A stretch of 64,000 nt of DNA from Clostridiales bacterium (GCA_022800315.1 JAAWQC010000007.1:6907-70906); one strand, 5' to 3'. Counted from the first letter of the stretch, positions 27,826-38,015 are shown. Numbers and translations: made by a program. The notes: generated by a model from the sequence alone, not told the origin.

Positions 27826-28760
27826 TCAAGACGCAGAATCTCACCAAGCGTTTCGACGGGGAAACGGCGCTGGCGGGGGTAGACTGTCTCATCCCGCAGG
27901 GCTGTATTTACGGACTGGTCGGCTCAAACGGCGCGGGAAAATCCACCTTTCTACGCCTGCTGTCGGGCATTTACCGCCCCGACGAGGGAACGGTCACCAT
28001 CGATTCCCTGCCCGTTTACGACAACCCCGCGGTCAAGGGACGGATGGCCTTTGTTCCCGACGACCTGTATTTCCTGCCCGGCGCCGACCTGCGCCGTATG
28101 ATGAAGCTGTATGAGGCCGCCTATCCCGCTTTTGACAAAGCGTACTGCTCCCGTCTGATCGAGACGCTCCGTCTCAACCCCTGCAAGGCAATTCATACCT
28201 TTTCCAAAGGTATGCGGAGGCAGGCCTCTCTCCTGCTGGCCCTGTCCTGCCGTCCCGATTACCTGTTCTTTGACGAGACCTTCGACGGCCTCGACCCGGT
28301 GGTCCGGCGGCTGGTGAAGTCCCTCATCTGTCAGGAGGTGAGCGAACGGCAGGTAACCGCCATCATCGCCTCCCATTCCCTGCGGGAGCTGGAGGATACC
28401 TGTGACCAGCTCGCCCTGCTGCATGAGGGCGGCATTGTTCTGGAAAGCGATGTCAGCGATCTGAAAACCAGCCTGTTCAAGGTACAGATCGCCCTGCCGG
28501 AGCCCTATGACCGTACCGTGTTCGAAGGAATCGAGCTGCTGGAATACAACCGTCTCGGTTCGGTGTCCCGCCTCATTATCCGGGGCGGCCGGGATGAGAC
28601 GGTACAGCGGCTGCAGGCGCTGTCGCCGCTGGTGCTGGACGTGCTTCCCCTGACGCTGGAGGAGGTCTTCACCCACGAGATGTCGGCCCTGGGCTATTGT
28701 TTTGACACCTCCCTGCTCGGCGGGGGGACAACCGAAGCGGCGGAGGTGAGCGGACTGTGA
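27822..28760 (+). CDS. ABC transporter ATP-binding protein
   Basis: Walker A GSNGAGKST, signature FSKGMRRQ, Walker B LFFDETFDGLD. 4-nt overlap with the GntR gene. Confidence 0.9.
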   Translation: MIKTQNLTKRFDGETALAGVDCLIPQGCIYGLVGSNGAGKSTFLRLLSGIYRPDEGTVTIDSLPVYDNPAVKGRMAFVPDDLYFLPGADLRRMMKLYEAAYPAFDKAYCSRLIETLRLNPCKAIHTFSKGMRRQASLLLALSCRPDYLFFDETFDGLDPVVRRLVKSLICQEVSERQVTAIIASHSLRELEDTCDQLALLHEGGIVLESDVSDLKTSLFKVQIALPEPYDRTVFEGIELLEYNRLGSVSRLIIRGGRDETVQRLQALSPLVLDVLPLTLEEVFTHEMSALGYCFDTSLLGGGTTEAAEVSGL

Positions 28761-30886
28761 AAAAATCCTGTTTCAGCAGACGCCTGTATCTCGAAGGGCT
28801 GCGGCAGCTGAGGCTTCCCGGCATCATCGGCGGCCTGCTGCTGGTTCTGGCAGCCCTGCTGGTCATCATCGGCAGGGCCGTCACCCACTCGTACTTATCC
28901 AGCATCTACCTCTTCAATTCCATTGATCTGTTCTCCGCTTTTCCCCTGCTGCCGGCGGTTCCCCTGCTATTGGCCCCGCTGATGATCCTGCGGCTGTTCC
29001 GCTTCCTCAACAAACGGAGCTCCAGCGACTTTTATCACGGGCTGCCGGAAAACCGCCTTTCGCTCTTTCTGAGTTTTTTTGCCGCAGCCATGACCTGGCT
29101 GACCGGTATCCTCCTGCTGGTTTCCACGATCACCCTGTCGGGTTTCAGCATCGTGTACCACTCCTATGCCATTCAGTGGGCGGAGAGCCTTTCCTTCCTC
29201 TTTAACATGTTCGCAGCCACGGTGTACGTCTCCGCCGCTTTCTCACTGTGCATGTGTATCACCGGTACCGTGCTGACCAACGTCACGGCGTCGCTGCTGC
29301 TGATCTTCCTGCCGCGCCTGCTTCTGTCCATCCTCTCCTGGCAGGTGACCGAGCTGCTTCCCCTCCTGCCGGAGGGCCTGTCTTTTCCCCTGTCGGGCAG
29401 CGAGTATCAGATCGTCTTCGGCCTGTTCGCCTCGTTAGGAGGGATGCAGGACCACTCCCCTCTCACCTACCTGCCCGGCGGCCTGTATACCCTGATTCTG
29501 GGCCTGCTGTACGGCGTTGGCGCCGCCGCGCTGTTCCTGCGGCGCAAGAGCGAGGCGGCGGGCCTGGCGACCCCCAACCGCGCATTGCAGACGACGCTGC
29601 GCCTGCTCGTCGCTTTCCTGCTGTGCCAGTATCCCTGCCGCGTGATCATCCGCGTGGTGCTGCACCGGGAGACGGTCACCAGCTCAGCGGTATTCACCTG
29701 CGTGGTGTGGTACATTGTGGCACTGGTGGTCTACTTCCTGTTTGAGCTGGTCACCACCCGGCGGGTGAAAAACCTGCTGCGCTCCCTGCCCGCTGTGGGG
29801 CTCCTCGCCCTGCTCAACCTGCTCTTTATCGGCGGAATGGCCTGCTCTTATCACACGGTTATCAGCGCCAATCCCACTCCCGAAGAAATTGAGACGGTGG
29901 TCTTCGATACCGACGACAGCCTCGGTGACCGGTTCGGCCGCCACTTCATCCGTTCGATGCAGGGGCTGACCTTCCAGGGCGAAGAGGTACGGCAGCAGGT
30001 ATCGGAACGGTTACGGGATACCGCCTCCGTATTCCGCGGCGACTGGAACAACGACCACAACGTCGACAAGTGGATGGCCCTGCGGTATGACAACAGTATG
30101 AGCGGGTCTTATTGCTCTGTGAAGGTGAATATCCGCCTGGAAGGACGGATCCTCCGGCGTAAAATCGCGTTGTCGCCTGAGGATATCGCCAAAATGAAGA
30201 CCGCCATCTCCCGGGAAGAAGCCTTCCGGGCCGCCTACGCCGCTCTGCCGTCCCCTGAGAATTGTACGATCATACGGGGCGGGCGCATTATCGACACCAA
30301 GGCCCGGCAGGTATATGAGACGATGCGGCGGGAGATTCCGACGGTGGATTTCGAAACCTGGTATGCCTTTATGGACTGGTGCGACCGGACGGAGATCCAA
30401 AGCGCCCTTTCCGGCACTCCTTCGGATATCGACTGCCCCTTCCCCGTCCTGCCCGACAAGCTCACCATCAAGCAAATCACGGAGGAAAGCAACCTGTCCT
30501 TTCCTCTCCCGGCCTTTTTGACCGACACCGCTGATGTTTATATGAGCTATTATGCCGACGACTGGATTCTGGACGCCCTGACCGCCTCGCCGGAGGAAAG
30601 CCGCTATACCGTCCAGTTCACCCTCTACCCGTCCGGCGAGACATCGGACGTCATGACTCGGATTTATCAGCATGCCCCTCATTCTTTAGCAATAGCCGTC
30701 CAGCGGATGGATTCCCTGACCAATTTTTTGAAAGAAAACCGGCTGGAACAGCCCGATATGAAAAAGCCCACCCTGTGCATCGCGGTGAAAAGCTATACGG
30801 GTCCTTCGACCAACCGCGGCAACCTGTATTTCTGCAGCGCGGAGGACGGGGAAACCCTGAACCGGCTTGTGGAACAGCTGTTTTAA
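28757..30886 (+). CDS. 709-aa membrane protein: N-terminal ~330-aa polytopic (ABC-2-permease-like) region fused to a ~380-aa C-terminal domain of unknown function
   Basis: GTG start overlapping the ATPase stop (GTGA). About 8-9 hydrophobic segments up to residue ~330; the C-terminal half matches no family I recognise. Confidence 0.6.
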   Translation: MKKSCFSRRLYLEGLRQLRLPGIIGGLLLVLAALLVIIGRAVTHSYLSSIYLFNSIDLFSAFPLLPAVPLLLAPLMILRLFRFLNKRSSSDFYHGLPENRLSLFLSFFAAAMTWLTGILLLVSTITLSGFSIVYHSYAIQWAESLSFLFNMFAATVYVSAAFSLCMCITGTVLTNVTASLLLIFLPRLLLSILSWQVTELLPLLPEGLSFPLSGSEYQIVFGLFASLGGMQDHSPLTYLPGGLYTLILGLLYGVGAAALFLRRKSEAAGLATPNRALQTTLRLLVAFLLCQYPCRVIIRVVLHRETVTSSAVFTCVVWYIVALVVYFLFELVTTRRVKNLLRSLPAVGLLALLNLLFIGGMACSYHTVISANPTPEEIETVVFDTDDSLGDRFGRHFIRSMQGLTFQGEEVRQQVSERLRDTASVFRGDWNNDHNVDKWMALRYDNSMSGSYCSVKVNIRLEGRILRRKIALSPEDIAKMKTAISREEAFRAAYAALPSPENCTIIRGGRIIDTKARQVYETMRREIPTVDFETWYAFMDWCDRTEIQSALSGTPSDIDCPFPVLPDKLTIKQITEESNLSFPLPAFLTDTADVYMSYYADDWILDALTASPEESRYTVQFTLYPSGETSDVMTRIYQHAPHSLAIAVQRMDSLTNFLKENRLEQPDMKKPTLCIAVKSYTGPSTNRGNLYFCSAEDGETLNRLVEQLF

Positions 30887-30910
30887 TCTGCCCGCTTCTA
30901 CTCTCTTCAT

Positions 30911-30953
30911 AAAGCCGCCGGCCGCCGTTATACAACGGCGGCCGGCGGCTTTT
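30911..30953. terminator. Bidirectional GC-rich terminator
   Basis: 19-bp stem AAAGCCGCCGGCCGCCGTT / AACGGCGGCCGGCGGCTTT with loop atac, between convergent genes. Confidence 0.8.
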
Positions 30954-30963
30954 ATCGGCGGTG

Positions 30964-31248
30964 TCAGTTCTGCGGAGGGGGATCGGACGGCGGCACATCG
31001 CTGCCGTCGTCGCCCGGTTCGGGATTCATCGGCGGCTCACCGGCAGGGGTACCAGCAGACGGGCCTGCCTGGCCCGCTGGGCCGGGACCCTGCGGCCCCT
31101 TCTTCTGCTTGTTGCTGACCACCTGCAGTACGATCAGGGCAATCAGAAGCAGGATGCCAATCCCCATCAGGATAAACGGCCAGGGATTGAACTCTTCGCC
31201 GGTGGCGGGGGTGAAGCCGGCCGCCAGCAGGGATACGACAGTTTCCAT
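30964..31248 (-). CDS. Small single-TM protein with a Pro/Gly-rich C-terminal tail
   Basis: 94 aa: METVVSLLAAGFTPATGEEFNPWPFILMGIGILLLIALIVLQVVSNKQKK, then a P/G-rich tail. GGGAGGAA RBS and its own promoter. Confidence 0.55.
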   Translation of the reverse strand: METVVSLLAAGFTPATGEEFNPWPFILMGIGILLLIALIVLQVVSNKQKKGPQGPGPAGQAGPSAGTPAGEPPMNPEPGDDGSDVPPSDPPPQN

Positions 31249-31313
31249 GGTGGTTTCCTCCCATACCCGCCGCGTCCCTGTCCGAACCGGACAGCCCCGG
31301 CGTGTTTTTTATC

Positions 31314-31342
31314 AGTATACGTCATCCGCCCGTTTTTTTCAA
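31314..31342 (-). promoter_or_regulatory. Sigma70 promoter for the small membrane protein gene
   Basis: Minus strand: TTGAAA, 17 nt, TATACT, about 60 nt upstream of ATG 31248. Confidence 0.5.
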
Positions 31343-31392
31343 CAGGCGGCGCGCTTTCCGCCCTCATTTATAAGAGGCGAAAGGAAAAGCCG

Positions 31393-31761
31393 CTACCGAC
31401 TGTTCGTCATCCGTCTGACGGCCTCTTCCCTTGTCGCGGCAAAAAAAACGTCGCGGCCGTTGTTAGATTCGTAGATAAAATCCCGCAGCGGCTTGCTCGT
31501 GTACCGGGTAAAATCGCCGTAGACGGCAAAAGCCAGGTGATAGCTGACGAATTTCTGCAGGATTTTGCCTGCCAGGCCGGTGCTTAAAATAAAGAAATCC
31601 TCGGCAAGCGCTTCCTTATTCAGGACGATTTTCTCCGCCCCGGTTTCGTATTTCACGCTCATCATCAGATCCAGCGCCGAGCGCTCGTCGGTGATGACCG
31701 CCTGCTCACTGGTAACGACCGCTATAGTGCTGCCTTTTTCGGTGATTGTCTCCACTTTCAT
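31393..31761 (-). CDS. DUF4180 domain protein
   Basis: MKVETITEKGSTIAVVTSEQAVITDERSALDLM...VYGDFTRYTSKPLRDFIYESN. Start at ATG 31761 with a GGAGG RBS; the upstream part of the track ORF is unsupported. Confidence 0.75.
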   Translation of the reverse strand: MKVETITEKGSTIAVVTSEQAVITDERSALDLMMSVKYETGAEKIVLNKEALAEDFFILSTGLAGKILQKFVSYHLAFAVYGDFTRYTSKPLRDFIYESNNGRDVFFAATREEAVRRMTNSR

Positions 31762-31957
31762 AGGAACCTCCAACGGGATGAATTCGTAATAGACTGTTAC
31801 TATACGGCAGTCCGCCCCCTTTGTCAATTGCCCTTTCACCGGCGGCCGGAAACTAAGCTTTGACGAGATGGGCCTTGCGTCAGCGGTGAAAACCGTGTAG
31901 AATAAGAGCGATTTATATATACCGACAACCATCCCAGGAAAGGCGTGAAGTATTTCC

Positions 31958-33388
31958 ATGCACGACCGTTATGAAAGCCCACTGTCCTCCCGTTATGCCA
32001 GCGACGAGATGCAGTATCTCTTCTCCTCCGACAACAAGTTCCGTACCTGGCGCAAGCTCTGGATCGCCTTGGCGGAAACCGAGCGCGAGCTGGGCCTGCC
32101 GGTGACCGAGGAACAGATCGCCGAGCTGAAAGCCCATGCCGACGACATCAATTACGACATAGCCGCCGCACGGGAAAAAGAGGTCCGCCACGACGTGATG
32201 GCCCATGTGTACGCTTACGGCCAGCAATGCCCGAAGGCCAAGGGTATCATACATCTGGGCGCCACGAGCTGCTATGTGGGCGACAACACCGACCTGATCA
32301 TCCTGTACGACGCCCTGCGCCTGATCCGCGGCAAACTGGCAGGCGCCATTGCACAGCTGGCCCGCTTCGCGGACGAATACCGGGCGCTCCCCACCCTGGC
32401 TTTCACCCATTTCCAACCCGCCCAGCCCACCACGGTGGGCAAACGGGCCACACTGTGGATACAGGAATTCCTCATGGATCTGGAAGAGGTGGAATACCGC
32501 CTGTCCGGCGCGAAGCTGCTGGGCTGCAAGGGTACCACCGGCACCCAGGCCAGCTTCCTCGAGCTGTTCGGCGGCGACCACGAAAAATGCCGCCGGCTGG
32601 ACCGCCGCATCGCGGAAAAAATGGGATACGACGCATGCTTTGCCGTATCGGGCCAGACCTATCCGCGCAAGCTGGACTCTGCCATCCTGTCCACACTGTC
32701 GGGCATCGCCCAGAGCGCGGCGAAGTTCTCCAATGACATCCGCCTGCTCCAGCACCTGAAAGAGGTGGAGGAGCCCTTTGAAAAGAACCAGATCGGTTCC
32801 TCCGCCATGGCGTACAAGCGCAATCCCATGCGGAGTGAACGCATCGCCTCCCTGTCCCGCTATCTCATCGCCGACACGGTGAACCCCGCCATGACCGCCG
32901 CCACCCAGTGGTTCGAGCGGACGCTGGACGACAGCGCCAACAAGCGCATCAGCGTGGCGGAGGCCTTCCTGGCCGCCGACGCGGTGCTGTCCCTGGTGAT
33001 CAACGTGTCAGGGGGGCTGGTGGTCAACACCGCCGTCATCGACCGCGACCTGCGGCGGGAGCTGCCCTTCATGGCCACCGAGAACATCATGATGGACTGC
33101 GTCAAGCGGGGCGGCGACCGGCAGGAGCTGCACGAGCGCATCCGTGTCCATTCCATGGAAGCCGCCCGCCGGGTCAAGCAGGGGGACGGCGTCAACGACC
33201 TGATGGAGCGCATCGCCGGCGATCCCGCCTTCGGCGTCACCGCCGCGGAGCTGGAAGGGATTCTGGAGCCGTCCCGCTATGTGGGCCGCGCGCCGGAGCA
33301 GACCGCCGAATTCCTGAAGGAAGAGGTCCGGCCGGTACTCGACCGGCTGAACGACTGCCTCAGCCTCGATGTGGAAATCAAGGTTTGA
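31958..33388 (+). CDS. purB: Adenylosuccinate lyase
   Basis: 476 aa with fumarate-lyase signature GSSAMAYKRNPMRSE and a purB-typical N-terminus RYESPLSSRYAS. Confidence 0.95.
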   Translation: MHDRYESPLSSRYASDEMQYLFSSDNKFRTWRKLWIALAETERELGLPVTEEQIAELKAHADDINYDIAAAREKEVRHDVMAHVYAYGQQCPKAKGIIHLGATSCYVGDNTDLIILYDALRLIRGKLAGAIAQLARFADEYRALPTLAFTHFQPAQPTTVGKRATLWIQEFLMDLEEVEYRLSGAKLLGCKGTTGTQASFLELFGGDHEKCRRLDRRIAEKMGYDACFAVSGQTYPRKLDSAILSTLSGIAQSAAKFSNDIRLLQHLKEVEEPFEKNQIGSSAMAYKRNPMRSERIASLSRYLIADTVNPAMTAATQWFERTLDDSANKRISVAEAFLAADAVLSLVINVSGGLVVNTAVIDRDLRRELPFMATENIMMDCVKRGGDRQELHERIRVHSMEAARRVKQGDGVNDLMERIAGDPAFGVTAAELEGILEPSRYVGRAPEQTAEFLKEEVRPVLDRLNDCLSLDVEIKV

Positions 33389-33479
33389 CACACCGGTTCT
33401 CCTTCCCCTGCTTTCCGATACGATCGAGAGGACCCTTTCGTTACTGCGATCACTCACGATGCCTGATGGAGAGAATCAT

Positions 33480-34385
33480 ATGGACGTCAGTCTGGATTTG
33501 TACCGGGTGTTTTACACCGTGGCGGAAAGCGGCAGCCTCACCGCTGCCGCCGAGAAGCTGTACCTGTCCCAGCCTGCCGTCAGCCAGAAACTGCGGCAGC
33601 TGGAGGAAACTCTCGGCTGCCGCCTGTTTTTGCGCACCTCCCGCGGGGTGCGTCTGACGGCGGAGGGGGAAACCCTGCGCCGCCATGTGGGGGACGGCCT
33701 GGACCACATCCGCTTGGGGGAGCGAAAGCTCCGCGAGCAGCTGAGCCTGGACAGCGGCGAAATTCGGGTGGGGGCCAGCGACATGACCCTGCAATTTTTC
33801 CTGCTCCCCTATCTGGAGCGATTCCACGCGCTGTATCCCTCCATCCGCATCAGCGTCACCAACGGACCCACGCCGGAGACCGCCCGGTTCCTCGCACAGG
33901 GGGCTATCGATTTCGGCGTGGTCAGCGAGGAGGTCCCCGACGGTATGCCCGGCGGGGAGGAATACGCCGGCGATTTCACCTGCCTGCCGGTCAGCGGCAT
34001 ACAGGACGTGTTTATCGCGGGCACCCGGTTCCGTGAGCTGGCGGGTAACCCTCTCCCGCTCGCAGAATTGGCGGCGCAGCCCATGATCTGCCTGAAGGAC
34101 AACAGCAGTACCCGGCGGTATATTGACCGTTTCTTCGCGGATCGCGGCGTCACCCTCACCCCCGAATTCGAGCTGGCCACCAGTGAGCTGATCGTCCGCT
34201 TCGCCGAGCGGAATCTCGGCGTGGGCTGCGTGGTGCGGGATTTCGCCCTCCCCGCCATCGAGCGGGGAACCGTGTTCGAGCTGACCCCCGCCGAGCTGCC
34301 GCCGCCCCGCCGTCTCTGCATCCTGCAGAGCGGCCTTCCCGTCTCCCATGCGGCGGAAAGCCTGCTGAAATTCATCATGGCATAA
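33480..34385 (+). CDS. LysR family transcriptional regulator
   Basis: MDVSLDLYRVFYTVAESGSLTAAAEKLYLSQPAVSQKLRQLEETLG. Internal ATG 33480 with a GGAGAG RBS. Confidence 0.9.
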   Translation: MDVSLDLYRVFYTVAESGSLTAAAEKLYLSQPAVSQKLRQLEETLGCRLFLRTSRGVRLTAEGETLRRHVGDGLDHIRLGERKLREQLSLDSGEIRVGASDMTLQFFLLPYLERFHALYPSIRISVTNGPTPETARFLAQGAIDFGVVSEEVPDGMPGGEEYAGDFTCLPVSGIQDVFIAGTRFRELAGNPLPLAELAAQPMICLKDNSSTRRYIDRFFADRGVTLTPEFELATSELIVRFAERNLGVGCVVRDFALPAIERGTVFELTPAELPPPRRLCILQSGLPVSHAAESLLKFIMA

Positions 34386-34549
34386 CTCCCGCTTATATAT
34401 TTTATAAGAATTCCCTATTTTACTTATAATGTATCCCTGTGCTATACTGCATAGGGATACTGCCGGCGAAGCGCACTGTCCGCCGGACGACATCACGACG
34501 TATCAAGCGGCCTCCCACACAAGGGACGGCCGTCACAGGAGGTTCAACA

Positions 34550-35821
34550 ATGGTTAAGGCAATCGTGGGCGCCAACTGGGGCGACGAAGGCAAGGGCAAG
34601 ATCACCGACGTGCTGGCGGGCCAGTCGGACGTGGTCATCCGCTTCCAGGGCGGAAGCAACGCGGGGCACACCATCATCAACGATTATGGCCGTTTCGCCC
34701 TGCACCAGCTGCCCTCCGGCGTGTTTTATGAGCATATCACCAACGTCATCGGCAACGGCGTGGCGCTGGATATCCGCAAATTTCTGAAAGAAATGGCCGA
34801 GCTGGACGAAAAGGGAGTCCATCCCCGCATGCTGGTCTCCGACCGGGTGCAGATCGTCATGCCCTATCACGTACTGTTCGACCAGTACGAGGAAGAGCGG
34901 CTGGGCGGCAAGTCCTTCGGCTCCACCAAATCGGGGATCGCCCCCTTCTATTCGGACAAATACGCCAAGACGGGCTTCGAGCTGTGCGAGCTGTTCGACG
35001 AGGACTACGCCTACCAGAAGCTCCAAGGGATACTGGAGGTCAAAAACGTCCTGCTGCGCGACCTGTATCATAAGCCCGAACTGGATGTGGACAGCCTGTT
35101 CACCGAGGTGATGAAGCTGCGGGACGCCATCCGTCCCTATGTGGGCGACACCTTCCGCTTCCTGCGCGGCGCGCTGAAGGACGGGAAGAACATCCTGCTG
35201 GAGGGCCAGCTGGGCGCGCTGAAGGACCCCGACTACGGCATTTATCCCATGGTCACCTCCTCCTCCACCCTGGCTGGCTACGGCGCTATCGGCGCGGGCC
35301 TGCCCCCCTACGCCATCCAGGACATCGTCGTGGTGGTCAAGGCCTACTCCAGCGCGGTGGGCGCCGGCGCCTTCGTCAGTGAGATTTTCGGCGACGAGGC
35401 GCAGGAGCTGCGCGTGCGCGGCGGCGATTCGGGCGAATTCGGCGCCACCACCGGCCGTCCCCGCCGCATGGGCTGGTTCGACTGCGTGGCCTCCCGCTAT
35501 GGCGTACAGGCGCAGGGCGCCACCGAGGCGGTGCTCACCGTCATCGACGCCCTGGGCTATCTGGACGAGATCCCCGTCTGTGTCGGGTATGAGATCGACG
35601 GGCAGGTCACCCGCGACTTCCCCACCACCCGCCTGCTGGAACGGGCCAAGCCGGTGCTTCAGGTGCTGCCGGGATGGAACTGCGACGTGCGGGGCATTAC
35701 TAAGTACGAGGACCTGCCCGAGAACTGCCGCCGCTACGTGGAATTCATTGAAAAAGAGCTGGAGATCCCGGTCACCATGGTGTCCAACGGCCCCGGCCGC
35801 CACGAGCTGATCTACCGCTGA
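34550..35821 (+). CDS. purA: Adenylosuccinate synthetase
   Basis: [21 protein letters not shown]-loop and GGSNAGHT. Start at ATG 34550 behind a CAGGAGG RBS; the track ORF start 34439 is rejected. Confidence 0.95.
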   Translation: MVKAIVGANWGDEGKGKITDVLAGQSDVVIRFQGGSNAGHTIINDYGRFALHQLPSGVFYEHITNVIGNGVALDIRKFLKEMAELDEKGVHPRMLVSDRVQIVMPYHVLFDQYEEERLGGKSFGSTKSGIAPFYSDKYAKTGFELCELFDEDYAYQKLQGILEVKNVLLRDLYHKPELDVDSLFTEVMKLRDAIRPYVGDTFRFLRGALKDGKNILLEGQLGALKDPDYGIYPMVTSSSTLAGYGAIGAGLPPYAIQDIVVVVKAYSSAVGAGAFVSEIFGDEAQELRVRGGDSGEFGATTGRPRRMGWFDCVASRYGVQAQGATEAVLTVIDALGYLDEIPVCVGYEIDGQVTRDFPTTRLLERAKPVLQVLPGWNCDVRGITKYEDLPENCRRYVEFIEKELEIPVTMVSNGPGRHELIYR

Positions 35822-35846
35822 TCCCACCTGTAAAGGAGTCGTTTGC

Positions 35847-37376
35847 ATGGAGCATGAAACCATATTGGTACTCGATTTCGGCGGACAGTACAACCAGCTG
35901 ATCGCCCGCCGTGTCCGTGATGCAGGGGTCTATTCGGTGGTCAAATCTTATAAGACCCCGCTGGCGGAGATCGAAGCCGCGGGGTACAAGGGCATCATTT
36001 TCACCGGCGGACCCAACAGCGTGTACGACGAAAAGTCCCCCCATTATACGAAGGATATCCTCTCGCTGGGGATTCCCGTGCTGGGCATCTGCTACGGGGC
36101 CCAGCTGATGGCCTGGATGCTGGACGGCAGGGTGGAGCCCGCCGCCTGCGAATACGGCAAGGCCGACGTACAGGTGGAGGAGGACAGCCTGCTGTTCAAG
36201 GGGCTGGAGCCCACCCAGCGCTGCTGGATGAGCCACACCGACTTTATCGCGGAGCCCCCGGCGGGCTTTCACGTATCGGGCACCACCGCCAGCTGCCCCT
36301 GTGCAGCGATGGAGGACCCGGCGCGGCGGCTGTACGCCGTCCAGTTCCACCCCGAGGTGAACCACACCGAAAACGGCAGCGGGATGCTGAAAAACTTCCT
36401 GTTCCGCGTGTGCGGCTGTACCGGCGACTGGAAAATGGACTCCTTCGCGGAGGAATCGGTCCGGCGCCTGAAGGAGCAGATCGGTTCGGACAAGGTGCTG
36501 TGCGCCCTGTCCGGCGGCGTCGATTCCTCGGTGGCCGCCGTGATGGTCTCCCGCGCGGTGGGCCGCCAGCTCACCTGCATCTTCGTCGATCACGGCCTGC
36601 TGCGCAAGGACGAGGGCGACATGGTGGAGCGGATGTTCACCGAGAACTACGACATCAACTTCATCCGGGTGGACGCGGCCGACCGCTTCCTCGAAAAACT
36701 GGCGGGAGTATCCGACCCCGAGCGCAAGCGCAAAATCATCGGAGAGGAATTCATCCGCGTATTCGAGGAGGAGGCCAACCGGATCGGCAAGGTCCAGTGG
36801 CTGGTGCAGGGCACCATCTATCCCGACGTGATCGAGAGCGGCAGCGACGAGGCCGCCGTCATCAAGAGCCACCACAACGTGGGCGGCCTGCCCGAGCGGA
36901 TGAATCTGAAGCTGTGCGAGCCGTTGCGTGACCTGTTCAAGGATGAGGTACGCCGCGCCGGCCTGGAGCTGGGCCTGCCCTATCACATGGTATGGCGCCA
37001 GCCCTTCCCTGGCCCCGGCCTGGCGGTGCGCTGCATCGGCGCCCTGACCCGGGAGCGTCTCGGCATCCTGCGGGAGGCGGACGCCATTTTCCGCGACGTG
37101 ATTATGGAGGCGGGGCTGGAGAAAACGGTGGGCCAGTACTTTGCCGTCATCACCGACATGCGTTCGGTGGGGGTGATGGGCGACGCCCGCACCTACGACT
37201 ACACCATCGCGCTGCGAGCGGTCTCCACCACCGACTTCATGACCGCCGACTGGGCGCGGCTCCCCCTCGACGTGCTGGCAGAGGCTTCCAGCCGCATCGT
37301 CAACGAGGTCAAGGGGGTCAACCGGGTGGTGTACGACATCACCTCCAAACCCCCGGCCACCATTGAATGGGAATGA
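35847..37376 (+). CDS. guaA: GMP synthase (glutamine-hydrolysing), full length
   Basis: Class I GATase with GICYGAQ (Cys nucleophile) and FHPEV (His/Glu), an ATP-PPase SGGVDSS P-loop, and C-terminal ...PPATIEWE. Confidence 0.95.
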   Translation: MEHETILVLDFGGQYNQLIARRVRDAGVYSVVKSYKTPLAEIEAAGYKGIIFTGGPNSVYDEKSPHYTKDILSLGIPVLGICYGAQLMAWMLDGRVEPAACEYGKADVQVEEDSLLFKGLEPTQRCWMSHTDFIAEPPAGFHVSGTTASCPCAAMEDPARRLYAVQFHPEVNHTENGSGMLKNFLFRVCGCTGDWKMDSFAEESVRRLKEQIGSDKVLCALSGGVDSSVAAVMVSRAVGRQLTCIFVDHGLLRKDEGDMVERMFTENYDINFIRVDAADRFLEKLAGVSDPERKRKIIGEEFIRVFEEEANRIGKVQWLVQGTIYPDVIESGSDEAAVIKSHHNVGGLPERMNLKLCEPLRDLFKDEVRRAGLELGLPYHMVWRQPFPGPGLAVRCIGALTRERLGILREADAIFRDVIMEAGLEKTVGQYFAVITDMRSVGVMGDARTYDYTIALRAVSTTDFMTADWARLPLDVLAEASSRIVNEVKGVNRVVYDITSKPPATIEWE

Positions 37377-37382
37377 TAAACT

Positions 37383-37430
37383 AATCCCCGGAAACCCGCA
37401 TGAATGCTGGGTTTTCGGGGATTTTTCTTT
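37383..37430 (+). terminator. Intrinsic terminator of guaA
   Basis: 15-bp stem AATCCCCGGAAACCC / GGGTTTTCGGGGATT followed by TTTTCTTTT. Confidence 0.85.
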
Positions 37431-37575
37431 TGAAATCGTAACAGAAGCGTAACAAAAATTCCTTCAGGCTCCTTTTTTGAGTGTTTCCAGATCCTTCAGA
37501 ACGGACGAGCGATCCTACATAACCCGCGATGATAAACTCAGTGATTACAAACCACGACAAAGTCTCGCTATAACC

Positions 37576-37617
37576 TTGACTTTCTATGCGCACAAGAAAA
37601 TTATTGATATGCGCACA
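37576..37617 (+). promoter_or_regulatory. Candidate promoter and direct-repeat operator of RHH gene 1
   Basis: TTGACT (37576-37581), 17 nt, AATTAT. Two copies of TATGCGCACA (37585-37594 and 37608-37617) lie 23 bp apart, flanking the -10 region. Confidence 0.35.
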
Positions 37618-37634
37618 GAAAGCGAGGTGACTAA

Positions 37635-37814
37635 ATGGCGCAAAAAAGGATGGGACGTCCACCTGCAGAGAAACCCTTGAAAGACAGAATCTTTGTTTTG
37701 GTCAGCGATGAAACAAAGGATAAGCTGGAACAATGCAAAAAGGCGTGGGGATCCACAACGTCGGATATTGTTCGCAAGGGTATCGACAGGATGTACGACG
37801 ACCTGAAAAAATGA
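37635..37814 (+). CDS. Ribbon-helix-helix (CopG/MobC-like) DNA-binding protein, copy 1 (59 aa)
   Basis: Not in the track (under 60 aa). MAQKRMGRPPAEKPLKDRIFVLVSDETKDKLEQCKKAWGSTTSDIVRKGIDRMYDDLKK shows a GRP-x-beta-strand-helix-helix pattern. GAGGTGA RBS. Confidence 0.65.
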   Translation: MAQKRMGRPPAEKPLKDRIFVLVSDETKDKLEQCKKAWGSTTSDIVRKGIDRMYDDLKK

Positions 37815-37885
37815 AAGGAAACAGCGCACTCCTCATCAAAGTAACACGCCGCTTCCCCCACACAGCCGCCACAGGGGCGAACCGC
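37806..37885 (-). ncRNA. Candidate ~80-nt convergent small RNA (countertranscript) 1
   Basis: Minus strand: TTGCAG (37920-37915), 17 nt, TATACT (37897-37892). Then hairpin GGAAGCGGCG / CGCUGUUUCC (37856-37847 / 37826-37817), whose two G.U pairs are A.C mismatches on the plus strand. Then UUUCAUUUUUU over the RHH stop. Confidence 0.4.
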
Positions 37886-37921
37886 ATAAATAGTATACAC
37901 TGTGCGGCGGGTTCCTGCAAG
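37853..37921. repeat. 69-nt conserved block, copy A
   Basis: TTCCCCCACACAGCCGCCACAGGGGCGAACCGCATAAATAGTATACACTGTGCGGCGGGTTCCTGCAAG. Differs from copy B at 2 positions, while the flanks and the adjacent RHH genes are strongly diverged. Confidence 0.9.
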
Positions 37922-38015
37922 GGATTACGTATAAACAACACGGAAGGAAACTGTCGTTGTATAAAAAACGCACCATCGGAAACATAGATAGACTGTTTGA
38001 TAATAACAAAATTAT

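Noticed and set aside
34386-34549. A purine or ZTP riboswitch upstream of purA, and a LysR box.
   Set aside because: The leader has hairpins (GTATCCCT/AGGGATAC, GCCGGCG/CGCCGGC). It has no purine-aptamer junction sequence and no ZTP CCGCCUGGGCA-type pseudoknot motif. The TTATAAG-N14-CTTATAA inverted repeat may be a LysR site, but it is unsupported beyond symmetry.
37850-37886. A leaderless mini-ORF on the candidate sRNAs (MRFAPVAAVWGK... in copy 1, MRSAPVAAVWGKVV in copy 2) as a type I toxin.
   Set aside because: Copy 2 would be only 14 aa, while copy 1 reads through the terminator for 61 aa. Length and C-terminal sequence are not conserved, and the conserved part is not a transmembrane-length hydrophobic segment.
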